From Trichoplax adhaerens (Eukaryota; Animalia; Placozoa), in contig NW_002060944.1 of assembly GCF_000150275.1 (NCBI RefSeq), forward strand, positions 685,614 to 749,613: a DNA stretch of 64,000 bases, read 5' to 3'. Below, in pieces: positions 41,128-52,454 of the stretch. The stretch's first letter is position 1. Each line of letters starts with the position of its first letter. The position numbers were made by a program, and so were the translations under genes. Under the pieces are notes generated by a model that saw only the letters and a list, made by a program, of their open reading frames with translations, had not been told where the DNA came from and did not search any database.

Positions 41128-43133
41128 AATTCTAGCTGAATAAACTTCCAATCGCTTGATCTTCTTCAAGATGCGTTGCCATGTAGTTATGGACACGGAT
41201 CGACTGCCTGAGTCAAGAGTTAGTCGATCTGGTATATAGCCCACCCTACAAATACTGATGGCCTATTAATCGCTTGATGCAATCGACTGTTGGCTACAGT
41301 ACCCTCATGCACCTATTGGCAGTCTACTGTATCAATCCCTTCATTATGGCATACAAATAGTATACCGTCGTTGCGCAACGGTAGTACAAAACCAACATAG
41401 CGCATAAATAGGCACTAGTTGGCTACTGGATATTTAAATTTGATATGATTTAGAATAGAATTTCATCTTCCTATCACAGTTTACAGACCTCTAGTAGGAA
41501 CTGCTGCGATTCAACTTTTTAGAGACATTAAAAAGGAGAGACGGCATACTGAGCCGCCATGCTTTCGCTCATGCATGGGATGGATGGACAATGTTGTGCA
41601 GTAGTGTACAGCATATGATGGACGAGACGATATCCAGACTTTGCACGAGCTATTTTTGAACGCCTTTGATTTCCAATTATTGAGGTAAGAGAATGCTATA
41701 ATAAGGACATGGAACATCCTCAAGTTTACATGGCTCTGCTTTAATGATGTTATATTCTATGCGGGTTGGTGGATAGTACATTGACCACCCCAAATCTTCA
41801 GCATCAGTGACGAATTTTTGCTAATTAATCTGCAGGACAATAAACAAATATATTGCCAGGATTATTTCAAAGTCGATATGCTTTAGGTTTGATAGTAGCT
41901 ATTAGGTGAATATTCATAGCTTTGAATCAATTATTGCTCAACAAATTAATATCATTCTCTTCGAGGGTAGTTATTGCAGTTCAAGTGTGCAATCGGACTA
42001 CTACATGTAAAGTACTAAAGGGCTTGTTAGCAATCTAGAGTTGCGGAATAGTACATACATCCATTAATTCATGTAGCCCTCTTTCACTTGTAGTTGGATG
42101 TGAAAATTTGATTACGATAATGGCTCTTACTCATGCCTACTACTGTATACTGTAAGAGTAAATAGAGTGCTTGTAATATGTTGATCCTAACGAAAGGATA
42201 AAAAACTTGTTCATCGCTGTAAGTGAAAATTTCCATTCCTAATTATGATAGTTTACTATAATCATCACCAGCGACAGTTACAATAATATCTACCATCTCA
42301 ATGTCGTAAAAGGGCTCTACCGATATAAAGTAATTAGGGATCCGATACAATCTTGTAGTTCATACATTCAAAGTTAATAATCACAGCAGCTCGTTATAGA
42401 TGGTACATGGAAGCCTAGTGGTGGACCTAGGGTTTTAAAAAAGACTTACAGAATGCTATCGAGTAATATTAATATGGAATTTATAAACTTCAGCAGTAAT
42501 AACTACGAGTCATGACTACTATCAACTTACATGCACTAAGATCACAATCCATCTGATTTCATGATGAATTATCGATTTTTAACATACTACCATGATTGAA
42601 ATACAGCACGACATACCTGCTATGAAGTACGCCAGTGCTCATGTAGAGAATAATAGTTTACAAAAGAGTTAGTAGCTTAGCAGATGGTCAACTCGAAATG
42701 TATGCAGTATCGGCCATGACAGTAATAGTTTAAATTCAATCTACAAAATTCTACCAGGCCTCACAATCGAGGATAACTTTGTACTGTAATCTACGCAAAA
42801 CATTTAAATCTTATCTAGTGATGGAACACTCAGTTTTGGTAGAAACTTGAAGGGAATAATGAGAACTACAAACGTGAGCAAGTGGTGATACTGTTGTGTT
42901 TAAAAACAGAGACGACTATTGCTGCAAACAGTTAACGTCTGGCTAACGCTACTGTGTTAACAGACTTTCGTTGAAAACACAGGGAATAACGCAATCAGCA
43001 TGTCGTGCATTACACATATGTACGATACCCTACCACCATTTATCCAAGTTAAGGCTAATGACCACAGAACTTTTTGACGATACTGTACATTTTTATTCGA
43101 TTAAAGATTCAACAAAACAGTTTGATAGGTTTT

Positions 43134-44587
43134 TTAAAACGCCATAGCATGTGGATATTGCTTCTTTCGTAGCGAAAAAGGAGCACGTAAATAAGGCTTC
43201 ATCTGGTCAACCTTTGCAACGGCTGCGATGACTTGACTATCTACGGCTGCTTGATCTTCTTTCTTTTCAGGACTCGCCTCAGTTTTCTTTTCTTCCTCTT
43301 CAAACATTTCTTGATTCTTACGACGTTTTACTTGGGGCTTCTTGAAGTAAGCATCGTTCAAGCGCTCAGGCAATTTCACACCACTAATGTCTAATTTTGT
43401 CTTAGTAGCAATTACATAAGCTTGATCGACACGTCTCAAAGGCACACCATTAATTTTGTAAGGACCTGCATTTCGGGATTAACAAAATATCTATCCATTA
43501 CTAAAGATGTCCTTACACTATTAAATCCTACTACAACTTATGGTTACGACACTGAGCCTAGAAGGATTTATCGTCAGCTAAGTGTGAACTATTAATCAAC
43601 CACTTAATGTCTTTCAGTTTAGGCTACTACGACTGTTTTCATCGCAGCCACTAGAAGCGAAATAAAGAACCTAATGCTTCTAAGATATGTGTATCATAAG
43701 CTACATTATACTGCAAAAACTAAATGATATGACACACATCCAGTAGTAACATGAGATAAAATACAAAACACTGTTCTGTCAAAGCTTTCAACTAACCAGT
43801 AACCAAAAGTAAACCAGAAGCCAACTGTTTCAAGAATACCACACGCTAGAATAATCATAATTAGATATCATTTCAGTTTAGAAGATCTTGCAATAATATT
43901 CAAAGTAAGTCTAATAAGACGAAACCTACCTTGCCACGGTGATTGCCAGCTAAAAGGATTAATACGGTACCGGGAGTAATCGACGAACGAAGTTTAGTTG
44001 GTCTTTGCTTCTTTCTGTTAACTAGCGGCCTTCTGGTATCTTCAGTGGGGTAGTAACGAGGCTAAATAGATTCAACAACATCATCCTATGAGTCCTACTT
44101 TCTACTTTCCAACTGACTGAAGATTAATAGCGTGAAATCAAGTTGTACAGCAGAATAGACAGGCTATCCACTAAAACGACATGAGGACAAGATATTGATG
44201 TGATACAAAAATCTCATTCTCCTTTCATTTGAGCATATTCAATATGGAATATCGGCAAACGATAGTCCTTCTGCATGATACATTAATCTATCGTTATTAC
44301 GATTTATTCGCAGCGGCAAACATGCTCAAGCAAGGAGTAGAGTCTAGAACAAAGTGTTGAAATCGATCTTCATGACTTACTTCACGCTGGACAGGTAACA
44401 CTCGTTGATTGCCATTTTTATCGCCTTTAACAGGTTTTACTATAGTCTTGGCAATTTCTTGAACAACCTTCTTTGTACCGACCTTCTTACGCTTGTACAA
44501 TGCCCTTTTTCGGTACATTTGTGAGCGCGAGTACAACATTGCTCCTCCTGGGAGGACTTTATTTCGGGATTGATGAGGCTTACCCAT
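43134..44587 (-). CDS. RPL6: 60S ribosomal protein L6 (eL6), 4 coding exons, 239 aa
   Basis: Exons 44587-44381, 44061-43930, 43845-43797 and 43465-43134 join in frame (720 nt). Peptides: [84 protein letters not shown] at 43097-43092. Confidence 0.97.
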
Positions 44588-44776
44588 GGCTGGTCTGTCA
44601 AGAAGATTGAAAAAAAAGTGTTTAATTGAACGTTTCGACTGGACATTATTTTACAACAGGATAAAGAGTATGTCTATCAAGGTAAATATTAATATGGAGC
44701 CCATAAAATATAGTCTGATGAAGAAGATAATTGAAGGATAGGAAATTTAGAAAAAGTCACACAGATCCGCCATTAC

Positions 44777-44800
44777 CTGTCAATGAGGTGAAAGGAAGAA
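44777..44800 (-). promoter_or_regulatory. RPL6 non-coding first exon beginning with a 5'TOP/TCT-like pyrimidine tract
   Basis: Minus strand reads TTCTTCCTTTCACCTCATTGACAG|gtaatg. The matching acceptor ttgacag lies 7 nt before the ATG. Ribosomal-protein genes typically start in such tracts. Confidence 0.75.
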
Positions 44801-45686
44801 TTTGCTGCGCGTGCTCGTACTTTTAAGCTAGCTCGCATGCTTCAAAACAGTGAAAATGATTCATGGCAAGCTACTACGCATGTACCGTACGCAGTACTGT
44901 CGGCCCGTCCTGTCGGCTGTACACTGTGTACAGTAATAAAGCACCTTGGGGCGGTAGCATGGAAGGAGGTGTAATCATCAATCAGGACTAAAAAAACTTC
45001 TAGAAAGTGTTCAGTTCTTACTGTATCTACAAGTTATATAGCACATTTGAGCATTGGCAGCGTCAGTCAATGGTTTACTACAGAACAGTACTGTACAATA
45101 GTGCATAGTACTGTATACAGCTGTATTGTAGGCAATCTGCAGTCCATAACTATGCGAATTACCCTTATTGAATTTCGACCTCAATTTCATGGGCGCGGCG
45201 AGCGCTAAACAGTGTACAACACATTGACACTGTACTGCATTCGCTTAAGTCCTTCCTTCCTTCCGCTCTGTCCCTTCTCCCTCAAAAAAGAACGGGACAC
45301 CCTACCACCTCTACAGTGCAAACAATTCAGGGCACAGTACAGTACTGTAGTACAGTGAGTGGACGACGTGATCCGAATACTGTACATTCGATATTACAAT
45401 TTTTGCATCAATTTGTACAAAATTGATCACAAATGCATGTGGTTTTAAGATGTACGGGGAGCTCTTGATTTCCAGATTCTATATCCGTAATTCAGTTTTA
45501 CATTTAAGCTGTAAATTTAGCACTATAGCCATGCAATACCATCATTTTCGACAGTACCAAATAAAAGCACGTCAAATCAACACTTACAGTACTGTACTAC
45601 AGTATGACTTACTGTACTACAGTACAGGGTACTGTGCACTCTACTGGTTCAAATCCGTTCAGCCATGGTGGAGCCCTTAGCTGGGA

Positions 45687-46180
45687 TATTACGTCTTTCA
45701 ATTTGGAAGGCATTGACTTTGAAATTGGCTCAAATTTTCACCATTATGAAAGATTACAACAACCTTGAGTAATTGGCACTGGATGATTATTTTAATTTCG
45801 CTCATTCTAGAGTTATTTTATTTCTTAGAAGCAATTTCTAATGCAAACCATCAGTCACTGATACCTGCACCAACGGTTCAATCAGTATACAAATCACCCT
45901 GAAATAGTGATCTTATATAGAATCGAAACTTTAGTGCTAACTTTAATATTATTACGCCTTTCAATTTGGAAGGCATTGACTTTGAAATTGGCTCAAATTT
46001 TCACCATTATGAAAGATCACAACAACCTTGAGTGATTGGCACTGGATGATTATTTTCATTTCGCTCATTCTAGAGTTATTTTATTTCTTAGAAGCAATTT
46101 CTAATGCAAACCCTCAGTCACTGATGCCTGCACCAACGGTTCAATCAGTATACAAGCCACCCTGAAATAGTGGTCTATAG
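45687..46180. repeat. Near-identical 263-bp-period tandem duplication between RPL6 and noggin
   Basis: tattacg.ctttcaatttggaaggcattgactttg...cctgaaatagtg at about 45687 and 45950. Confidence 0.95.
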
Positions 46181-46467
46181 TATCGATACTGTAGTGCAGT
46201 ACGGTACGAGTATATTAGATGTTGTTTTAGAAACTGTATTGTACACTGTACAGTAGGTCGTACTCGGCTCGAATTCCCACCGCTTTTAGTAGCCCATGAA
46301 TTGATTCTACTTTTCCGTGTCATGGATTGCTACAATACTTCTACCTCCTGTTTATGCCCTGCTATAATCTGATTACTATAAATGATAGCAATAAACGTTA
46401 TATTTTGATGATGTCGATGAAATAAATGGACCAGTGTAAATATCATCATCGCGGACAACTATCGAGC

Positions 46468-46519
46468 TTTGCTTACTCGTGTTCTACTGCGCGCAGAGTA
46501 TAGTACACGAGTAAGCGAA
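46468..46519. other. 52-nt inverted repeat (hairpin)
   Basis: TTTGCTTACTCGTGT pairs with ACACGAGTAAGCGAA (15 bp, one G-U), then a T.T mismatch, CTA/TAG pairing and an inner palindrome CTGCGCGCAG. Confidence 0.75.
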
Positions 46520-48116
46520 CCTTAACGTCTCCCCTTCTTTAGGTTTAATCATATATGAATCAAACTAGTCGATTATTTAGTGTATGATCATATCTGTAGC
46601 ATGGAATAAATGAATAAGTCAACTTAAAATGAATCTTCTTTCTTTTTAACACGAAATTTGATCTTTTCTAATTCGCCCTTTTGTTATCGTTATTGTAAAT
46701 ATTTAAATCAGTGATGATTATCTGATCTAACATCCAGTAAAGTGTGAAGTTATACAATTGATCGCTACGAATGAATTTAATTAATAATTACAAAAATGAT
46801 ATCATTCAACTGATTCATGACAGTTACATCACCACAATTTATCAATTCTTATCATAAAGAAAGTGATTGTCAAAATATTAAAATAACTTGAGCGGATAGC
46901 TACAAAAGATTGAACCTAAGCCAAAATCATTATAATGATGGCCTATCATTTCAATCATAGAATCTATGTAAATTGATCATGGCTAATCTAACTTTAGGCT
47001 TAGGCCATTCATTGTTTGAGCAATAGTGAAACAGACAGAGAAATTGGACATTGTTTTGATCATTTCTATAGCTATTCTAGTAGAAATTTGCAGCAATGTA
47101 ATCATAGCTTTTAAAAGGAAGCAATTAATCGCCCAATGCAGATAGATGCTGATACTAGACAATCTAAAATTGTAAAGGTTAATTTATCATTGAAGTGGAA
47201 AATAAATTTCGCCATCAAACGTTGCAAGCTATACATACTATAGCACTATACAAGTGTCTATACGCGTAATTCTATACGGAACATCTTAAACAGAACAGAA
47301 GGTTTACCATATGTCTTAACGAACAAATGCACTGTGTGCATGATGATATTTATAGTATCAAAACAATCAAAATTCCCTCAAAGTAAGAGTTAAGGTATGC
47401 TTCATTTCAGTAATCTATTATCACAGAAACATTAATATTGTAAGAGTTCAATTCCATATCAAGGGTAGGAATTTAGTTCAATAAAGGCACTAATTGTTTG
47501 TTTCTACTATACTTTCATTCTAAGTAGCTGTATAATTGGTATGATCAATCTCATTTAAGATGATTTAATAGCTCTGTTAAAGCGAACAAATGTTATAGTA
47601 GTCTGAATAAATTAGTATTTAATGATGCAATATAACAATATGAAACGTTAATTAAAAAGGTAAAATAATAGCATTCATAGACAGTATTATTATAAAATTT
47701 CTATAGAAGAGATAACAACGTCTACTATAACATGATCTATCCTTTTATTGTTGTCTGCAAAGCTTTTACCAAATACTAAAGCATGAATTAAATTATAAAG
47801 ATTAATATTGATAGTTAGATTGACACAGTATTACATAAGAAGTTAATTTGTAAAACTCACGAATATATTGACTGTTGATCAAGTAATAAAGGTAGCGAGT
47901 GCCGTTTTCATTTTTCTGTTTAAATCGTAGCTGGAAACTAACGAAATTACTCAATCAATCAATCAAATTATAATTATTTCATTGTAAATAAATACTAATG
48001 CTATTTGAAGTAAGAATTGAAGACCAAGATTACTTTTAATCAACTTATTACCTTATCTGAGGTTCATTTAGCCGAAACAAATAAGAACTATCTATACAAG
48101 TGGATTTTTATAAATC

Positions 48117-48842
48117 ATGTTTAATAATTTAGTATCCATGTGGTGTCAATGGTTATACTTTGCTTTACTGTTGTCAAGTTTACAACTAAGCGTTGGAAAA
48201 GCACTATCTATTAACGCAATACCGACTCTAGATCTTCGACCTGTTCCTAGTGATGATTTAGATGATATTAAAGCGCCCTCTTTTCAAGCTGATTCGCTAC
48301 CACTGGCACAGACTATTGATCATCCTGCATTAAGGAAGAAACTAGGCAAATATTACGATCCACAGTATATGTCGATAGGAAAGCCAAGATTACCCCATTA
48401 CTTAGCTAATAATACTAACTTGTCACAGTACGTGGTTAAAGTAACAGGATTAGACGAGAAAACTGTGTTACCACAGTTTAAAGATTTTAAATTGACGGGG
48501 TATGATGGTAAAATCTATAAAATTGGCCGTGACAGTCGTAAAAAAGTTAAAAGGTGGTTATCGTCGACAACGTTCTGTCGAGTTCAATATAAATGGATCG
48601 ATTTAAGTTCAGCTATTTGGCCTCGATATATTTTACAGGGAAGTTGTATTAATGACAGATCTTGTTCAATTCCGCCTGGTATGACCTGCCGTGGTACAGA
48701 GTATAAATATAAAAGATTATTAACTTACACATGTTTAATCAAACGATCTCACGATAAAAATGGTAAAACAATTGTTCATAAGCGTTGTACTTGGAGAAAG
48801 TTTAAATTTCCAATTCTTACTCGTTGTGAATGTAAATGTTAA
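48117..48842 (+). CDS. NOG: Noggin (secreted cystine-knot BMP antagonist), single coding exon
   Basis: Signal peptide, clip-like LRPVPSDDL, LRKKLGKYYDPQYMS, FCRVQYKWIDL..WPRYILQGSC..RSCSIPPGMTC and FPILTRCECKC. All 9 noggin cysteines are present. AATAAA near 49141. Confidence 0.95.
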   Translation: MFNNLVSMWCQWLYFALLLSSLQLSVGKALSINAIPTLDLRPVPSDDLDDIKAPSFQADSLPLAQTIDHPALRKKLGKYYDPQYMSIGKPRLPHYLANNTNLSQYVVKVTGLDEKTVLPQFKDFKLTGYDGKIYKIGRDSRKKVKRWLSSTTFCRVQYKWIDLSSAIWPRYILQGSCINDRSCSIPPGMTCRGTEYKYKRLLTYTCLIKRSHDKNGKTIVHKRCTWRKFKFPILTRCECKC

Positions 48843-51800
48843 AGTATAAAAAATAGGCAAGTTCTGTAGAATAGATCTATTTAAAATTAATAAGCAACCA
48901 CTGTGACTATTTCGATACTTTAATTTGCCACACATTAACAATTGATGCCAGTGATTGTTTTCCTATATTTTTGTTGCCTATATTACTAGATTAACGTCAA
49001 TAAGCTAAGATTAATCTAAACTAATTAAAGTTTCATAGCGTTTATTTCCTTACCGTTTTTTGACAAGATTATTATTGCAAAGCAGAGGTTTTACGTACGA
49101 GTATGTAGCTTTCCTTCCTGTATACTTTTAGTATTAATAAAATAAAGAAACGCTTAAGACTATATTTTTGAGTGATTCCGTTATTAACGTCTTTTTGCTT
49201 GCTTTCATTATAACTATAATCTATTCTCTAATTAATCTTACAAAAATCGTTATCGTAACAGATTCTAAACTGATCCAGTTAGAAAGAATATTAAAGCTAC
49301 GATTAGTGACATTTTTATGATTTTTAAAGTAGACAAAATAGTATATTTAGCATAAACCTTTTGTAGATGGCATATTATTCTACTTTGTATTGTATTTATT
49401 AGCTATCAATTTTAATTTCGATTATAATTTTGAGTTAATTACAGTATAACTGCCGTACAATTTAAAAGCGGTACTGGGATAGTCTGTAGGATGATCTTCG
49501 AATAATCTTGATCAAACTTTCATAAAAATAGAATTTAATATCGTAACCCTTTCATAGAGATATCATATAGTAATTACCCCCAGCAGTTAGTCGATCAACA
49601 CTGGATTTAGATACTTGCAGTCCTAAGACTCTTTACGCTTATATAACCACAGTTTGTTTTGAGATCTATCTTTTTAGTATCTTTCGGTAATTAAGCGGTA
49701 GTTCCATCATTTTATTTTATTCAAAAAAACTGAAAATGGGTGTTTTTCATGCTTTAGTGTAATAAGTAATAATAAGTATTTGATAAATTGATCCGCTTCT
49801 GAACTCCAACTGTAAATTAGTGGTAGATTCATACTAACCCATTCCTATATTTACAGTTCAGCATTATTCTTTCCCTTTAAGATATAATATTCGTAATTTG
49901 ACATTGTATAATACATTTTACAATAAGATTCTTTTAAAAGTAGCCATTTCTTGTCCAATTGTAAGTATAAACTGTTATTTGAGAATGATTAAGATGGTTA
50001 AATCTAGCGAATTAGGTATAGCAAATAGCTCCAGTCTTCCCTAAATCTGTATGATATAATAGTTATTTATTCCACGTTATATATTATTATTCAAGTTTCA
50101 CTAGTTAAATATTCTTCCTTAGGATAGCATAATCCCCAAATGGTTACTTTAATATTATCTAATTATTCAAAATTTTGTAATGTGCCAACACTAAGGAAGT
50201 AAACTTATCCCAAAGATTTATATAACATAATCACATAATAACTAGGAAGTAAATTTTTCCCCACAAAACAAGGATCATTACATCTGAATTTGAGACAAAT
50301 TGTTGTTGCTAAATAGACGTCGGGAATAAGTACTTCATTGAATCATAATACTTAATCATTTATGTTGAACGTATAACTTACGATATTATTATGCATTTAA
50401 AATAATATAATTTATTTTTTTAGATTAGTGATATCAATAGAAGTTCGATGATGGCAACATAAACGTCTTTAGATTGCTACACTTGTATTTATGCTACTGT
50501 AAAGCACTGAAATTTTATTTTAATTTTATTAGCATCAAGTTTTAACAGTTTGTTTATAACGAATAAGTTCAAGTCTTTTGGCATTTTGTGACAATGATGA
50601 CGCTACAGCTTTAAATAGAAGAAGGCCCATATTACTCTATACCATAGAATGGGGCCGCATTTTAGACAAGACTAAAAATGAACCTAAATTGTATGACTTA
50701 GATCAGACTCATCGAATTAAGCTATTTACCATTCTAATATTTTATTGTTTATAAACAATTATAATATTAATTATTGTTATCAAATTCAGGCTAGTAAGAG
50801 ACATCTAATTTTTTTAATGTCTCTCCTATTTACCTTCATTAATAGGAAATGATTTAAACTCTTTGATTGATTTAAACTCTGATTGCAATGTAAGAAAATT
50901 TCGGCATTGCAAGTAGAGATAAGTGCTGAATCACAAACGCCCGAGTTATCTAGTCAATATTAGATTACTTGCTGATTATCATCAACAGTATTAATTGAAA
51001 TGAATTGCGTTAAACCTTATTTCCAACTAAACCGTGCCTACCTGATTGTATTGCAGCACGTAAACAGTAAAATAGAACAATAGTCTGTAATATGTAATTA
51101 TTTCACGCTAACAATTAACAGACCGTAGTTAATTATGATCAGGCAAGCCAATTTGTTCTTGATCAGCGTAGTATTATTGAACATGTTTTGAAGGGAATTT
51201 AATCGTAAACTATACTTTGATTCAAGTTGGTTTCCAAGTATCAATATATCAATGTTCTATTTCTATTTTGGTTATAGTGAAGATCATTATTTTCTTCGCT
51301 TGTTTGATAATAGATATATTTTTACCTATTTGTAGGTAACTAACTGTTAATGATACTGACAACAAAATAGTTTACCTTTCCTAGCATTATTATACAAATG
51401 GCGATTCTTTTCTAATTATAGAAAAGAAGATTATAATTTGGTATTAATTTGATCTCATGGATGAATTATAATGTCCTTGGATATGATCCAAGGTTTAACT
51501 ACAGTTATACTTTGGCCATCCATTGATCATTTAATCGAATTGATCCAAAACCACGAATAAAATAGTAGGAGTATTTTTAATATTAAAATTATAGTTATGT
51601 ACGTATAATTAGATGCTAATTCGTTGGTACCCAGCAAGCTATTGTCTAAAAACAATGTGTTTAGGGGGGATCCTATACGTATTATTGGGCAAAAGATGGA
51701 AATGGGCCATTTTTTATTATTTTCATCCAGCATTGATCTTCATAACATGCATTATTGTAAATAACGTGCTAGTCTGTTTGATCAGAAAGTATGTAATGTA

Positions 51801-52177
51801 GAAAAAGAAGTATTTTTGTGTGTCTAAAACATTGCCAATGTACGATTGAACGTCATTGAACGCGTAAGGAGCAGCTGATGATTACTTCAGTTTGTAAATT
51901 ATTAGGATATGCTACTACGCTATTACAGTACTAAAGCAATAGAGTGGTATTAGGATTTTGGGGTCCTAAATTTGTTTTAATTCACCATTGAATTATCATC
52001 GCAGTAACCTCGAAACCGTGCTATAAATTCCTAGCAGACTTCTACTGACGGAGTTAAATAATACAGCTAGAGGACAGGCTGTAGCCAAGCGACGGATAAC
52101 GCGCAGCTAGACAGACTGAAGGACTACGAAGCAGTCCCTGTCAATTTGCTCGATTGGAAAGCCAGTACATGACGTGG

Positions 52178-52252
52178 CGGTACAGTGTACAGTACAGTAC
52201 GTGTTGTAAAGTACTGTAGTCTACTGTACTGTACACTGTACGGTACAGTACA
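52178..52252. promoter_or_regulatory. GTACA/TGTAC motif cluster, putative promoter element of TXNDC11
   Basis: ggtacagtgtacagtacagtac..gtactgtagtctactgtactgtacactgtacggtacagtacag lies about 200 bp before the first ATG. Similar clusters occur upstream of other genes in the window. Function is inferred. Confidence 0.5.
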
Positions 52253-52454
52253 GGAGAGAGTCGGTTAGTGGCTCTCTCTGGCATTCCGTCTTGGTCGAGG
52301 GTCGATGAAAGCTAAAGCCAGGAAATATACAGAATAAAATGAAAACCAAAAGCAACCTCTGCAGCCTATCTCAAGCATTTTTCTAATCGTGCTATAGCTA
52401 CTGCAACGTGTTGTCAGCTAATATTGACATCTGCTCACCCGACGAAACGTGATC

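Noticed and set aside
45640-45665. GGTTCAAATCC, a tRNA T-loop/B-box match
   Set aside because: The T-stem is mismatched and no acceptor, D or anticodon arms or A-box can be built.
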